A DNA stretch of 64,000 bases, taken from the human T2T-CHM13v2.0 reference genome, Homo sapiens. Positions 1-14,899 of this stretch are shown one piece after another. Position 1 is the first letter of the stretch. Every line of letters starts with the position of its first letter. A program made the translations under genes and the position numbers. The notes under the pieces were generated by a model. The model saw nothing but the letters and a program-made list of their open reading frames with translations. It was not told the DNA's origin and searched no databases. The stretch is from assembly GCF_009914755.1 (NCBI RefSeq), contig NC_060938.1; one strand, given 5' to 3'.

Positions 1-699
1 TCACCTGTAAGCCTGCACTTAAGCCCAGTTTCCCATCTAAGAAACACAACTGATTAATGGGGACATGGTGATTAGAATAATTAATTATCCACCTCTTTCT
101 AGCCCAAAAGTTACAAGTTCAGTCCACCTTCGGAGGAGGCTGTGATTCAGTGGCAAGTCACTAAGTATACAGCCAAATGTGTGATATCCCTAAACTGGAC
201 AACAGCCATTGCATACACACAATGTTATGTCTTACTCCACACTACTGGCTTTGGAGGCCATGGAACTCAGGGGGACTCAGCCTGCTCAGGTCTTATCCAC
301 AAACCACTCCCAACAGCTGAATAAAAGGAAGACAAAGCCCCTCAAGACTGCAGGAACAGAAGACACAAACACTTGATGAGAAAAGAGCCATAGGGCTGAC
401 TATTTGAACCGCAAAGGAGTTGTGGGAGGAAGTCATTGAGAAATGAAACTCAGATTAACAGCCCAGGACAAACTGGAATTTGACTACATGTTTATGACTC
501 AACATGGAATGCTACCAGATTTTTTTCATGGACGTTTATTCACATCTGAAACATAAACTAGCAAGAAAAAAATCCAACAACAAAAAAATAGCAACAGACT
601 CCCAGTAATTAGAATAATTTCTAGATTTCTGCTTTTTGTAGAAAAACTACAGTTTGAGAGTAATACTGTGAGGAAGACAGCAGAAGTCAAAGATTTGTG

Positions 700-1178
700 A
701 GTGGTCATTTTTTCAGATGGGTTCTCTTTTCTCTTTTTTGTTGGTGTCCCATCCATATCCCCTCAACATTCACCTCATCGGAAACTCCCAGCCCTTGTGG
801 CTCTCCACTTTATGGCTTTCTTCCTAGTCAGGGAGTTAGCCACACTACAAGTCAAGTCACAAGTGTCAGAGTTCATGACCCTGAGTAATCCTCAGTCCAA
901 TGTAAGATGAGTAGTTGGTAGATAAATACTCTAACTTCCTCACTCCTCGGTTGGTATAACTTTGAGGCCGGTTCTACACTGGATGCCAGGGTTCCCCAGG
1001 GGGATTGAGCTCTGCCTGCCCACAGTAGTAACCCCATAACACACCGTTTAAAGGCTGCCTTCCCCTCCCATCTTACTTCTCCAGTTCCCCATTGGTATTT
1101 CCTGGGATCATTTCCCTCCCCAAATTACTCGTACCCAAATCTTTAGAGTTTGTTTCTGAGGGGACCCAAATTAAGACA
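700..1178 (+). mobile_element. ERVL LTR relic (LTR16-like)
   Basis: 3' end ...tttgtttctgaggggacccaaattaagaca resembles LTR16-family termini; 5' boundary approximate. Confidence 0.5.
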
Positions 1179-1394
1179 GGGTCTTGGCTGACCCTTGTCT
1201 CACTGAGCCAAACATGAATGGCATGGCAAATCCACGTAATACCATGAAACAAGTCCCTAGGTAGCGCAGAACAGGTGTGCTTCTGTTCAATCATCTCACA
1301 TCTGGCATCATGAAGGCTCAGTGGGATGGGTAAAGGTGGACTGGTGCCAATGTAACCAAAGCATCAAGTTATGAAGATTATGTAAACATTGATT

Positions 1395-1790
1395 CTGCAC
1401 AGCATTGGCGAGTGTGTGAGAAAACAGGCATTCTCACTCAACCTTCATTGAAGTGGGAAATGTTACAATTCTTTGAAGGCACTATCTATCAAAACTTTGA
1501 ATGTGTGTATAGACTTTGGCCCCCAAACTCCTCTTTTAGGAATTTATTCTGTAAAAATACTTGCACATGTATGTCTAGGAATTTTCATCATAGCATATTT
1601 AAAATAACAAAACAATTTCCACCAAAAGGAGACTGAATAAATTGTGGTGCATTCATATAATGGAATAATTCATAGCCTTTTAAAAATGAGATAAATCTAT
1701 ATGTATTCAGGTAGAATATCTCCAAGATACATTTTAAAAATGAAAAAGTAAATTACAAAACATAGTCTTTTTTGTTTTAAAAAATTGTAT
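1395..1790 (+). mobile_element. Ancient L1 (L1ME-type) 3' region fragment
   Basis: Degenerate L1 ORF2-end/3'UTR motifs (ttttaggaatttatt; gaataaattgtggtgcattcatataatggaata). Confidence 0.55.
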
Positions 1791-2884
1791 ATAAAGTAAA
1801 CCAGAACATATAGAAAGCCATACTGTGTTTTAGACAGGAAGACTCAACATGATAAAGATGTCGGTTTCAAGTTATTTCATAAATGCAATGCAATCTTAGT
1901 AATTAAAAAAATGACATGAAGTTTCTTTTCTGGAGCTAGACAAATTAATTCTAAACTTCATGCTAAAAATAAATAAATAAACAGGCAAGAATAGCCAGGA
2001 GAGACCTGAAAAGAATGAACAATTGCTGGGGGTGGGAGTTGGGGTAAAGAGGAGAGGCTAGCCTCTATCTGTTATTTAAATATGTAATAGAAGTCTCTGT
2101 AGTTCAGCTGTGTGGTACTGGTTGAATAGACTATGGCGTGAATGAGAGGCGGACCAATGGAACAATAGAAATTATAAAAATAGAGCCAAATCGGGAAATA
2201 TAATAAAAGAGATAGGTGGCATTTTAAATCAGTGGGTAAAAGATGGGTTTTAACACATTCTTTTTAATTAACAAAATTTTTAATTAAAAACATTTGAAAT
2301 GAATAGACATTTAAATAAAGATACAAGCAGATTCACACATTCTAAGTGAATCAGGTATCTGAATGTACAAAATGAGACCATTTTAGTATTAAAATAAATC
2401 ATGGATTAATTTATTTAAAACCTGAGAGTGGAGAAACCCCCTACCTAGAACTCTATACCCAGACTCAATAAAGTTAAAAAGCTTTCACATGGCAAAAAGT
2501 CTCATAGGCAAAGACAAAAGACAAATTGGAAAAATATTTGCAGTGTTTATCATGGAGCTAATCTCTCTGGTACATAAAGAGCTCCTACAGATTGTGAAGA
2601 AAAAGACCAACAATCTGTCAGAAAACTTTAAAAATGTCTAAATACTTTATAGAAAAGTAAAAGCAAATGGTCTTTAACATATAAAAAACTTCAACCTCAT
2701 TCATACTAAGAAAAATGAAAATGAAAATTTAAGGAGCTATTACTTCTCTACCAACAGATGACAAAAAAATCCAAAATCTACGTCTGTTCCCAGGCTGTGG
2801 AGAAACAAGCACTCTTATGCATTGTTGGTGGGAATGCATAATCGTAAAACCCCAATGGAGGGGAATTTATCAATTCCACAAAAA

Positions 2885-3220
2885 ATGTATGTTATATAAG
2901 TATATACATAAATTACATATTTTATATATAAATATATACATAAATTATTTATATACACATAAATTATATATTTTTATATATACACACAAATTGTGTGTAT
3001 ATACACATATATACACATAAATTATATGTATATACATATATATGCATAAATTGTATACATATACACATAAATTATATGGATATATACATAGATACATAAA
3101 TTATATGTACATATAGATACATAAATTATTCCTTTATATATAAATATATACATAAATTATATTTATATATAAATGCATATAAATTATTTCTTTATTAAAC
3201 ATAAATTTATATATATATAT
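2885..3220. repeat. AT-rich degenerate minisatellite (~20-nt unit, tatacacataaattatatg-like)
   Basis: Recurrent cataaatta/tatatacata units seen directly. Confidence 0.85.
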
Positions 3221-3267
3221 TACCCCTTGACCTAGTCATCCCACTTTTAGAAATCTAGCCCAAAGGA

Positions 3268-3272
<5 letters not shown>

Positions 3273-3308
<36 letters not shown>
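3273..3308. repeat. (TA)18 microsatellite followed by short (CA)n
   Basis: Direct inspection. Confidence 0.95.
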
Positions 3309-3310
<2 letters not shown>

Positions 3311-3594
3311 CCCACACACACACAAGACTATTTATTGTGACAATATTTATAACAGCAAAAGATTGGAATCAACTCATTTATAGTCTATCCATCAATAGCA
3401 TACTGGTTAAAAAAAACTCTTATGCATCCACATAGTAGAATCTATGCAGCTATAAAAAATATTAAGGTAGTGCTCTATATATTGATATAGAATGATCTTC
3501 AGGATACATTATTATATTAACTTTTAAGGCAAAGTGTTGAATAATATGAACAGTATGCTTGTTTTTTAGGTAAGAAAGAGGAATACAAATACAT

Positions 3595-3925
3595 GTTCCT
3601 CATGACAACATTGTGGTCAATAATGAACCCATATACAATGGTAGCCTCATACAGTTATAATGGAGCTGCCCTGAACAGCTGTCATATTTTTACTGTATCT
3701 TTTCCATTTAGATATGTTCAGATACACAAATACTTGTCATTGTGTTACAATTGCCTACAGTATTGAGTACAGTAACATGTACTATAGGTTTATAGCCTCG
3801 GAGCAATAGGCTATACCATATTGCTGAAGTGTGTAGTAGGCTATATCATCTCTGTTTGTGTGAATACACTCTATGATGTTCAAACTATGATGACATCTCC
3901 TAACAATGCATTTATCAGAATGTAT
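3595..3925 (+). mobile_element. Tigger3a/MER7A DNA transposon MITE
   Basis: Diagnostic gatacacaaatacttgtcattgtgttacaattgcctacagtattgagtacagtaacatg...gagcaataggctataccata. Confidence 0.85.
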
Positions 3926-3992
3926 ATATACTTATATTTTCAAAATATAAACACTGAAAGGTTAAATAAAAAACTAATTAAAATGGTTATGC

Positions 3993-5505
<1,513 letters not shown>

Positions 5506-5589
5506 TGCCTTCTAAAAACTATATTTTAATATATTCCACTTTTATCCTTAAATAGATATATGAGATTTGTCTGTGTATAGAGGAAGTTT

Positions 5590-5840
5590 TACGTTCACTC
5601 ACTCATTCATTAATCAATACGTACGTACATGCTATGACTGGCGCTGCTTCTCATGACAGGAGCAGACACAGTCCAGGCCCTCATGAGCCCACATCAGAGC
5701 AGAGGAAGCAAACATTAAACTAGTTATGAAATTAATTGTTTAATTGCAGTTGTGATGAGACCTTAAAGGAGAAGTCCAGACTGTAAAGAGAGCATCTAAG
5801 AAGAGGAGATCTGGCCTGGCCAGGGAAGTGATGGTCAAGC
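5590..5840 (-). mobile_element. L2 fragment
   Basis: ttcactcactcattcattaatcaa terminus followed by ccctcatgagcccac motif. Confidence 0.55.
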
Positions 5841-6532
5841 CAAATGCAAGACAAATATATTGTTCTCCCAAATGCAATGAAATGTTAGGATCTCATGAAC
5901 AGGAAGTGGCTGAATTATTGGTAGCAAGAGAGGACTTAAAGGTTAGGGGCTGGAGCCAGCTTCCAGATGGCCCCAGGGGCCAGTCAGGTGAGAACAGGGC
6001 ACAGAATCTGTAGGGACCTACACAGAGGCCCTGCCATGTGTTAATCTAGTGAGAACACTGGCTCCTTACCAAGCCCGACCAGATACAAGAGGTGGGGCAG
6101 GGAGAGAAGCAGGTTAGGGACTTCCTGCCTGGAATCAGCTGAACTCCATTTGTAGAGGGAAAGAGCTGAAGTCCAGCTGGGGAAAGCTGTGAAGAGCTGA
6201 GCCGGGGAAATCAGGCAGGGCTCGCCCAAGCACACAGAAACTTGGATGATAGGTCAGACTCCAGTTTGTTTACAAACAACAGTACATTACTTGAATTCCC
6301 CAAGGTAATACTCTGGAGGAGTATTAACTCGAAGTCTCTCCAGATTGCAAACTTCTCTCAGAGGAATAATAACACATTTTATCTCTTCTGTCCAAGGAGA
6401 TACGGAATTGTCTCTAGAGTTTGGCTTGGTATCCTTCCTGAAATAGTCAAGGTTAAACATGACTTTCTATTTCCTTACCCTTTACAGATGGAACAAATGT
6501 GGTGAGTCTAAAAGAGACTATACCTATTGCTA

Positions 6533-6972
6533 ATTTTTTTTAAAAAATATGAAATATTTTAAGTACATTGAGAAGTACAGAGAGTAATATGCAAACATAC
6601 CTTGCCTACCACTCAGAACTGAAACTACATATATAGTGTGGTTTTTGTGCATCTTTAAACAAGTTTTACAATAAATTACCCAAGTCTTATCTTACTATAA
6701 AGTATCAATTTACAAATTGTTTTGCCACTAAATACTGTTTTTTCAAGATTCATAAATGTAGATCTAGTTTATTTCACTTTAATTATTTGTTATACTCCAT
6801 TATGAGAATATACTACAATCTATTAATCCATTTTTCCTACTGGCAGGCATTTTAAAATTGTAAACTTTGAAATGTTAGAGGTCATACTGGGGCAGTAAAC
6901 ATCCTTGTATGCTACTGTAGGTGAACATGTGCAAGCGTTTCTCTAACATTTATACCAGGAAGGGAATTCCTG
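6533..6972 (-). mobile_element. Ancient L1ME 3' end fragment
   Basis: T-run then tactccattatgagaatatactacaatctattaatccatt; gtaaacatccttgtatg. Confidence 0.6.
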
Positions 6973-8610
6973 TGTTCCTGCCTTTTTATCTAAATATGAC
7001 TCTGGCCTCCTGAGGTGCAGAATATATCTTTAAACTGCTTTGAAGTTAGAGATGATGGAGAAATTCAGCAGGATTGTTGATGGACAATATCACCTTATGG
7101 AATAACTAATACACATTTATCTGTAGGGTATTTTGCTTTATATAATTACATTGCTTTATTTATTTATAATAATTTTGTTAATCAGTTAATGACCATATTC
7201 AGTATTATAATTTACTAGCACAAATAATTTGCATTATAAGTTTCTTTTTTGTTAGCATATACTCTCCTTATCTTAGACTATCTAGTAAAGCAAGTCTTAT
7301 ATCTTCTGGAGAAATCCTAGAATCATACCTTCCTCCCATCTTTTATAATGCAAGGACTATTTTTCTATCAAACTGTATATACATTAATTAGTTTTCTCAT
7401 CGTAATAAGAACTGCTCAATCCAAGTTTTGGATCTTTAGAAAATAACCAATGTTACTACACTGTTTATCTAATTTTAGCTATAAACCAAAAATCTTAATA
7501 TTTTAGCTATCCTATGATCTCTTCAAGGATATCTACTTAAATGGCACCACTAGTCTAGCACCCAGCTCACCTATAAAATCTAAACTTCTGAACCAATAAG
7601 TATGACTTTATTAACATATTCAAATATTTTAAAATATTTCTACTTGTAAATCACACATCCTCTAGAAAGACATGAGAGAAAAGAAAAGGAGCAAAGTAAA
7701 TCCAAGATTTGTGCAAATTATGAATTGATGAAGTTCTCTAATGACTGTTCATGGCTAGATTTCCTTTTTTCCTTTCTGTCAGTGTCTTATTGTCCATCCA
7801 CAAAGGAGATATGCAATGACTTTCATTCACATTTGCTTAGGGGAGATGTGAAAGCTGGTATGTAGCTTTAGTCAACTCATTAAAATGTCAAATTTATTGA
7901 GTTGATTTAATTCAATTAGTTACAACAAATCAGGTTATCCTGACTGAGACCACCATTAGATGGTATTATCTGGCAAATAAATAAATAAAGAGCTAAACTT
8001 TAGCCAAACACAGTAGGAATCAATAGAGTCTGTTTTTCATCCCTGAACTCATAGGTATCCTGTAAACTTCAGCTGACCTGGTATCATTCCAGAATGGGCC
8101 AGAAACCCTGGATTCTCTCTGAGTCTGAATTGTACTGTTTAAGCTGCATCAGAAGGAAGCAACCCACAGTTTGCACTTCAGGACCAATAGCTATTAAATT
8201 GAAGAACTGAGTTCTGGAGGCTATAGTGATAAAATAAAATAAACTTGTTTAGCTTTATAGCAACTTTTCATTCCTGTGCAGATATGTGCATCTTGAACAT
8301 TTCAAAAATACAAAGGCACAGCTCCAAAAACAATCATGTAAACCAGATGTTCATATTATTAATCTCACCAGATGGAAACAAACATTTACTTTTTCTCAGA
8401 AGATAGTGTACATTTTGGGGCACTCCCTAAAGACGACATGTATATGTGGTAGGTATTAAGGGGCAAGACTGTAGGTGGGAGAATATTGTATTGCCAATTT
8501 GCACTTCAATTGAATCCCATCTGTTAAGAGCCACTGGCTTGGGCAAATGCTGTGGTACTCATCCACCATCTCCATTTACAGGGCAGCCTCAGAGATCTAA
8601 GTCCAGATCC

Positions 8611-9150
8611 AATAATAGCTAATGGTTTTTAGCACTTACTGTGTGCCAGACACTGTTCTGTGTCCTTTCACTTGTATTTATTCATCTAATCCTCCGTAAC
8701 CTCATGAGGTAGATGCTATGTTTTTTTTGTTTGTTTTTGGTTTGGTTTTTTTTTTTTTTTTTTTTTGAGACAGAGTCTTACTCTGTCACCCAGGCTGAAG
8801 TGCAGTGCCACAATCTCAGCTCACTGCAACCTCCCCTTCCTTCCTGGGTTCAAGCAATTCTCTTGCCCCAGCCTCCCCAGTAGCTGGGATTACAGGTATG
8901 CACCACCATGCCAGGCTAATTTTTATGTTTTCAGTAAAGACGGGGTTTCACCATGTTGGCCAGGCTGGTCTCGAACTCCTGACCTTAAGTGATCCGCCCT
9001 CCTTGGCCTCCCAAAGTGCTGGGATTACCGGCGCAAGCCACTGCACCCAGCCGAGGTAGATGCTATTATATCCTCATTTTACAAACGAGGAAGTTGAGAC
9101 ACAGAGAGATTAAGTAACTTGTCCAAGTTACACAGCTCCAGAGCTTGTGC
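8611..9150 (-). mobile_element. MIR split by an Alu insertion
   Basis: agcacttactgtgtgccagacactg...[Alu]...attttacaaacgaggaagttgagacacagagagattaagtaacttgtccaag (MIR core). Confidence 0.85.
8720..9052 (-). mobile_element. Alu (AluSx/Sz-like) with 14-bp TSD
   Basis: TSD gaggtagatgctat at 8706-8719 and 9053-9066; T tail 8720-8766. Confidence 0.97.
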
Positions 9151-9165
9151 TCTGAAGCTCCTGGG

Positions 9166-9367
9166 TAGGAGTGTCCAGTGGAGAGAACACAGTCATGGGT
9201 TCTTGGCTTCTGTTTCTGGTCAGGCCAATAAATCTCCTTCCTCATCCCATTTTACTGCTTATGACTAGAGACAGAAACTAAAAACCATGGCTTCAGGCTG
9301 CTAAAAGCCTAAAACAAAACAAAACAAAACAGAATAGCAACAAAATAAGGCGGGTTGGACAAGCTTG
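9166..9367. mobile_element. hAT-Charlie MITE (MER107-like, MER30/Charlie12 group)
   Basis: Termini taggagtgtccag...gttggacaagcttg; internal (aaaac)n and accatggcttcaggctgctaaaagcc. Confidence 0.7.
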
Positions 9368-9659
9368 CTAGACCACAGCACATATTTTGCAAAGCTCCAA
9401 GAGGGCCAGTCAGCTACAAGTTGGCTAAGGTCTAAAGCCCTCAGTGACTGGATCCCTTAGGGAATTATTCTAGGATTTGAGACCCCACTGCCAGACTCAA
9501 AATCCAGAGGGAAAGACAAATAAAACCAAGAGCAGGACCTGCCATTCACTCTGAAGTGGCCATCAAAAAGTCTGGCCTTTGGAGACTCTTAAAATCAAAG
9601 CTGGTTTGGAGCCAGATCAGGCTTCCTGGGTTTTTTTCCAGGCTATAATTTCATAAAAT

Positions 9660-9910
9660 TCACTAATTATTCTTCAAATGTTAATAGTTTCACTACTGTT
9701 AAGGTTAGGGGAGATCTCCTGGTCAAGTCAATTTGAAAAAAGCAACATTCTATTGAAGATACATAATGAATCACAATTAATGTGAATCTATTAAAGGCTT
9801 ATAGAAATCCTGCAGTAAAGAAACGTGTTTAATGTTGTTTAAGCTAGCATTTCCCAAACTTGCACCCCTTAACATGTCATGGAATACCATCTGGGACTAG
9901 TGCTCCAGAA
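9660..9910. mobile_element. Ancient hAT-Charlie MITE (MER103-like)
   Basis: aaatcctgcagtaaagaaacgtgtttaatgttgtttaagctagcatttcccaaact; a related relic lies at ~24040-24270. Confidence 0.45.
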
Positions 9911-11079
9911 TGAAGTTGATCAGTGGCATCTCAAGACAGGTGTGGAAAGGTATAGATGCTCTCTGGTCTGCCATGTCTTAAAAACATTCCACAAAACCTG
10001 TTACAGCCCCTGTATCCCTGCTTCCTGGGCCTGGCACCAGGAGGGCCTTCTCCTCTGAAAAATTTGGCAGGGTGAGGGCTTTAAGACTGGCATTCCATAA
10101 TCCCAGGCCTAGGCTCAGCCTCCTAAGTCCCACTGGACTTTTCTATCCAACAGCTTGGTGTGTGGCCCTAAGCAACTTGAAAATGAGCCATTCAGTTCTG
10201 ATCCCCAAACCAGGGAGCAAGACATTTTGTTTGGATTTTCAGATCTTTGGCAACCTTCCATATAAATGGTTCCTCAATAAGCAATGAATCATGAACATCC
10301 ATTATGGACAGGAGCAACTGGGTAATAATAGAACAGACACATGCTGTCCTTATGGCTTTTTCTTCAAAAGAGGGGGAGCTAAACTGAATTAAGTTCATTC
10401 CCACACTATGCTACTCAGTGTTTCTTAGGGTATGAGAAACCTGGAAATTACAAAGCAAGCCAAAAATGAATTGCTCTTTGGTTAAGTCACGCAACTAATG
10501 GTTAAATTCCTCTGTGACAAAGCACAGCATCTCATTCCCAGTCTATCAAAGATCACCAAACCAAGCAGTAGCCAGCCTACAAATATATCATCTACTGTTC
10601 CATCCAACCAAGGATCTCAGAGCTTTTTAAAAGTGCAAACTGATTAGGACATTCATCTTACTGGAACAGAACTGTTCACAGGCTAGTGCTGTTGTCTTAG
10701 GACATCATTCTTTTTTTGCTAGGGAAGGTGGAAATTAGGACTGACTTTTATAGCTGCTATGGTGCTCATGAAGATCATTAATGACATTTTGTGTTTGTTA
10801 AGGTGGAATTATCAATACATGAAAACTTCTCATTAGATTGTGACAGTAATGACCTAAAGCTGTTATTATATCAAGTAAAAACTGTACAATGGAAGGGAGG
10901 AGAGCTATGCGGCCTTGACTGGGTTTCTGTATTTCCATGGCTTCAGTTTCCTCATATAAAAAGAGGATTGAAGAAGAAACTCATTAAACTTCTTTTAAAC
11001 TCTGAATTTCTATGAATATATCATAGCCTGTTATAAAATTTGAAATATCCCATGATGTAGAATTACATAATTTGTACTG

Positions 11080-11275
11080 AACTTTTCACGTGTGTTTGCC
11101 TCCTTAACTCCTCAGAGGAATGGTAGACTCCTCAAGGGCAGGGCTGGTACTGGCTTTTCCCATACCTCTTTGTTGAGTGTCTTGTACTAAGTCTGTTCTG
11201 TTCTCTACTAAGCCTCCAGGCATAGCACCATAGCTGGCCCATCACTGGTGCTCAATAAATACTTGTTGACTAGCT
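11080..11275 (+). mobile_element. L2 3' end
   Basis: tagactcctcaagggcagggct...ggtgctcaataaatacttgttga. Confidence 0.75.
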
Positions 11276-12169
11276 GACATAAGAAGAGGCACAATTATGC
11301 CTTCACTATGCCACTGAAACTTCTCACCCAGAATCCACTAACCTCCTAATATTCCAGCCAAACAGCCTCCTCTTGGTCCTCATTAATCTTGACCTGTCTG
11401 GAACTTGGGACACCATGGAATTCAATCTTCTGCTTTTTTCTTAGCCTTCTGTACATGTCTCAAGGGACTTGACTATTGATAGCTCTTTTAAGGAAAACAG
11501 CCTTTTCTGTAGATGTGGGCTGGACTTCTTCCATCACATTTTAGAGCCCCTGAGCCCTCAGCCACCACATTGACTATCAGGTGGTTTCCTGATCCCAGGT
11601 GCCTGGCTTGGAGTTCAATTTCCTGAAGTCTTTGGTCGAGAGCTGCCTGCACTACAGGCATGGAAAAGTCTAGGCTTTTGGCTAGCAAATGGAGTAATAG
11701 AGAGGAACTGGCCCAGGCATTCACCAACAATATCGATGGGTCAAACATGATAGCAGGGTCAGCAGGAGCAAAGTCAGGAAATCAGGAAACTCTGAACAAC
11801 ACCAGGTGCCCTCCTCATGCTTAGTCCTGCCAAGCAAAAGTAGCAGGGAGACTAAAGCGTGGTGGTAGCAAGGCGGCTGCAAGGGCCTGCTATGTTGGCC
11901 TAGTCCATCTACTCAGTCTTCATGAACACAAGGCAGTGGGTGGGAAGACATGCAGTATTATCAGAACACTTTCTACTTCTACATTCCTGTGACTTGAAGA
12001 TGAGATAGAAACCAAGTGTAACAAGAGAAGAGCAACTGTAATTCTTACTTGTCCTGTGGATTAGATGGGATATAGGGGAGAGGAAGGCAGCTGTTTATGC
12101 TTAGTGGGTACTTTAAATTTTATATTTTCATGTGATCAGGAAAGGGACAAAGTGGTCTGATGATTCATT

Positions 12170-12345
12170 TTACAATAATGCTTATTAGGAGTTATTAGGC
12201 ACTAAGTGCATGATAAGCATGATCACACGTAATTCTCACAGTAGTTATATGAGGTAAGCATCATTCTTCCGATTTTGCAGGAAACCAAGGCTTAGAGAAG
12301 TTTATTACTTTCTCAAGTTAGCTGGAATTTGGATCTAAGTTTCCC
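12170..12345 (-). mobile_element. MIR
   Basis: aattctcacagtagttatatgaggtaagcatcattcttccgattttgcaggaaaccaaggcttagagaag. Confidence 0.65.
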
Positions 12346-12374
12346 ATGCCCCTAAACACCCTCTGACAGTGCTT

Positions 12375-14240
12375 GTCAACATTCAATAGATCTGTGCTGG
12401 CTATCTACTCTGGAAAAAGCACCATTTTGGAGCTATGGAGACTAAAAATATGAATTAGACATAGTTCCTGTGCTCAAAGAGTAGTTCATGATTCAATAAG
12501 ATAATTAGAGTCTAGTCAAACTTGTGTAGTACAAAGGAGAATCGAGTGCCATAAGAAATTGAAACATCTATAGCGGTTAAAGACAGAAGTCAGAGTGATT
12601 GTGTAAGTACACGTAATAAAGAAGAAAAGCACAAGATGGACATAAGAAACACTGAATGATCCAGAACTGCCAGAGATGAGAAAGGTTAAAAGGAGGCAGG
12701 AGGAAGTACTGTTAGTGTGGTAGTTTGGGGCAGATGAAGGATTCTAAATTTCCAGCCTTGATTTAGTTATATTCGCTCTGGAGAACAGGTGATGTTTTCC
12801 AGCAAGAGGATGCTATAGAAGAAGTCTGAAAGTGGTCTGCTCTGAGGGTTGGAAGTGGATCAGCTTGAGTGAGGGAGGACATTAAGGAGGCTGGAAACTA
12901 GGCTGAGAATCAGGCCAAGAGGCAGAGAGCTGATGAGGGCAGGAGCAGTGAGACCAGAGGAAAGAGGATGGGTGAGAGGTGAGAGCAAGTAGGGCTGGCA
13001 AACAAACAACTGTGGAGAATAAGTGGGAAAAGAAGTAAATGGGATCCCACGGGTGATTAGAAAGATGATGGTATGATCATCGGTAAGGATCCTGGAACTC
13101 AGAAAGGAACTGAGGAGGAAGAATGTTTAAAGGGAAGGTGATGAGTTCAAGATATTTTGAATATACCAACTTGGAAGTGTCCTCAAGAAGTTCAAGGGCA
13201 AGCATGACAGGAATTGCAAGTGTAGGATAGATGATCAGGAGATCAGTCATGACTGAATAAAGAAATAGGTGGTGTATCACACGCATGAAAAGTTGAAGCC
13301 ATAGAGTACCAAAGGAAAGAAATCATTCATTGATCAATGAATTTGAATGAACTCTTACTCTGTAGGCATGAAGGATGCAATGGTGACAGGAGCCCTGCTT
13401 TCATGAAATTTACCTTCAGGAACATGGACCAAAAAGAACAAAGCCAAATGCAGAATTTTAGAGGACATTTATTCTTAGAGGATGAATGGAGAGGAAGAGC
13501 AAGACAGGTAACAAAATACTATGTCTTAAATGCCAAAAGGAAGATGTTTCAATGGAAAAGGGTAAAAATATTGCAGAGGGAATTAGTTCGTTGTAATTAT
13601 TCCATAAACATTTATGCCTTGAATCTGCTGAATGTGGAGATGCAGCAGAAGACCAGGAAAAGAGTTCATTATTGGGAAGCTTACATTCCAACAGGAGGAA
13701 GCCAAGGTAAGCAAATTAAACACCATAGTTATACATTGTCATAACATAAAAAGTAAATAAACAAAATGAAGCAATGAGAAGCTAAGGACTGGAGAAGGCC
13801 TCTCTCTCGGACTGCCAGGTGAGTCCTCTTAAGGAAGATATATTGAACTGAGACATGAGGATGGTGAACTCTTGCAGAGCAATGAAAGAGTGTTCCAGGA
13901 AGAAAGAACAAGTGCAAAAGTACAGAAGTCACGAAAGGTTATTAGAGCAACAGAAGGAAGGCCAGTGTGGCTGTAGCCTACTGAGCAGGTAGAAGACTGG
14001 TATGAAATGAGACTGGAAAATGCTACTGCCAGTGGTTTATCAGAGAGAGGCTATGTCTGGGCCTTGGTTGGTGACAGAAGACATAAGGAAAGGGCCAGAT
14101 ATGAAGTAGAACTGATAGAATTTCTTGATAGATTAACTATGGGAGATGAAGGAAATGGGGAACCAAAGGTAACTCTGAGATTCTTTGCTAGAGTCAGGTA
14201 GGAGGTGATACCATTCATGTGGATGTGAAAGACTGAGGGA
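12375..14240 (-). mobile_element. Cluster of L2 fragments
   Basis: Repeated L2 motifs (aattagacatagttcctgtgctcaa; gagtgttccaggaagaaagaacaagtgcaaaag; gaaggccagtgtggctgtag). Confidence 0.7.
13354..13523 (+). repeat. Local duplication, copy 1 (~170 bp)
   Basis: Aligns to 16081-16254 with ~7-8 substitutions and one 4-nt indel. Confidence 0.95.
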
Positions 14241-14899
14241 AAAAAACATTGAAGGGATAAAGAGGTCCATCTTATACATGTAAAGTTTAAGATGCCTAAG
14301 TGAATATTATTTGGATTGCTAAATAAAAATAATGGTTTTTTGGCAATAAGGAGGCCACTGGTTTCCAGGCAGAGGTGTGGCTCATGGTAGTTCCGGAATC
14401 ATATCCTTTTAGCCACTTCCCCGACAGCTCCAACAGAAAGTCTCTCTGAAGGATTCGATTGGCTTGGCGTGGGTCCAGTGCCCAGCCCTGGGGTATTCAC
14501 CATGCCAATGGACTCCCAATACTGGATCTTACCTGTTACCTTCCCATTCTAGTGGCTGGTGGGCAGTGGGGCCCAGGGAAGGAATGCAGGGTTCATTTTC
14601 AGAAAGAATGTAAAAGACATACCACAGAGACAATGAAAAATAACCACAACAGGCAGGGAAGTTTGCCTGTGGGAATTGCCATGTGGCAACTTTTTTCTGG
14701 TGTCCTCTCCACTAAAACCTTAGAACAATCTGTATTTTGTTTTATTAGAGACAAAAATTACAGTGAGAAACTGTAGTGGTATGTGGACATCTTTCTGCCA
14801 AAACAGGCTCACTTTGATGATGCAGCCAATTGGCCACTCCTAAGTTATTTCTGCTCAGAGTCCAGAAAGGCTGAATAATAAATTGGCTGTTTGATCTAA

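Larger units (their letters stand above)
1810..3590 (+). mobile_element. Ancient L1M ORF2/3' relic interrupted by AT-rich tandem repeats
   Basis: ggaagactcaacatgataaagatgtc; tgtggtactgg; cattgttggtgggaatgca; taccccttgacctagtcatcccacttttagaaatcta. Confidence 0.65.

Noticed and set aside
11488-11748. 86-aa minus-strand ORF with protein-like composition
   Set aside because: Non-ATG start, no recognisable motif, no supporting exon structure; length is within chance expectation.
13337-13744. 135-aa ORF spanning duplicate copy 1
   Set aside because: Built from L2-derived sequence, no known homology, and its start is not duplicated in copy 2.
14528-14535. Strong minus-strand splice donor (CAG|GTAAG)
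   Set aside because: No convincing paired acceptor nearby; isolated donor motifs are common.
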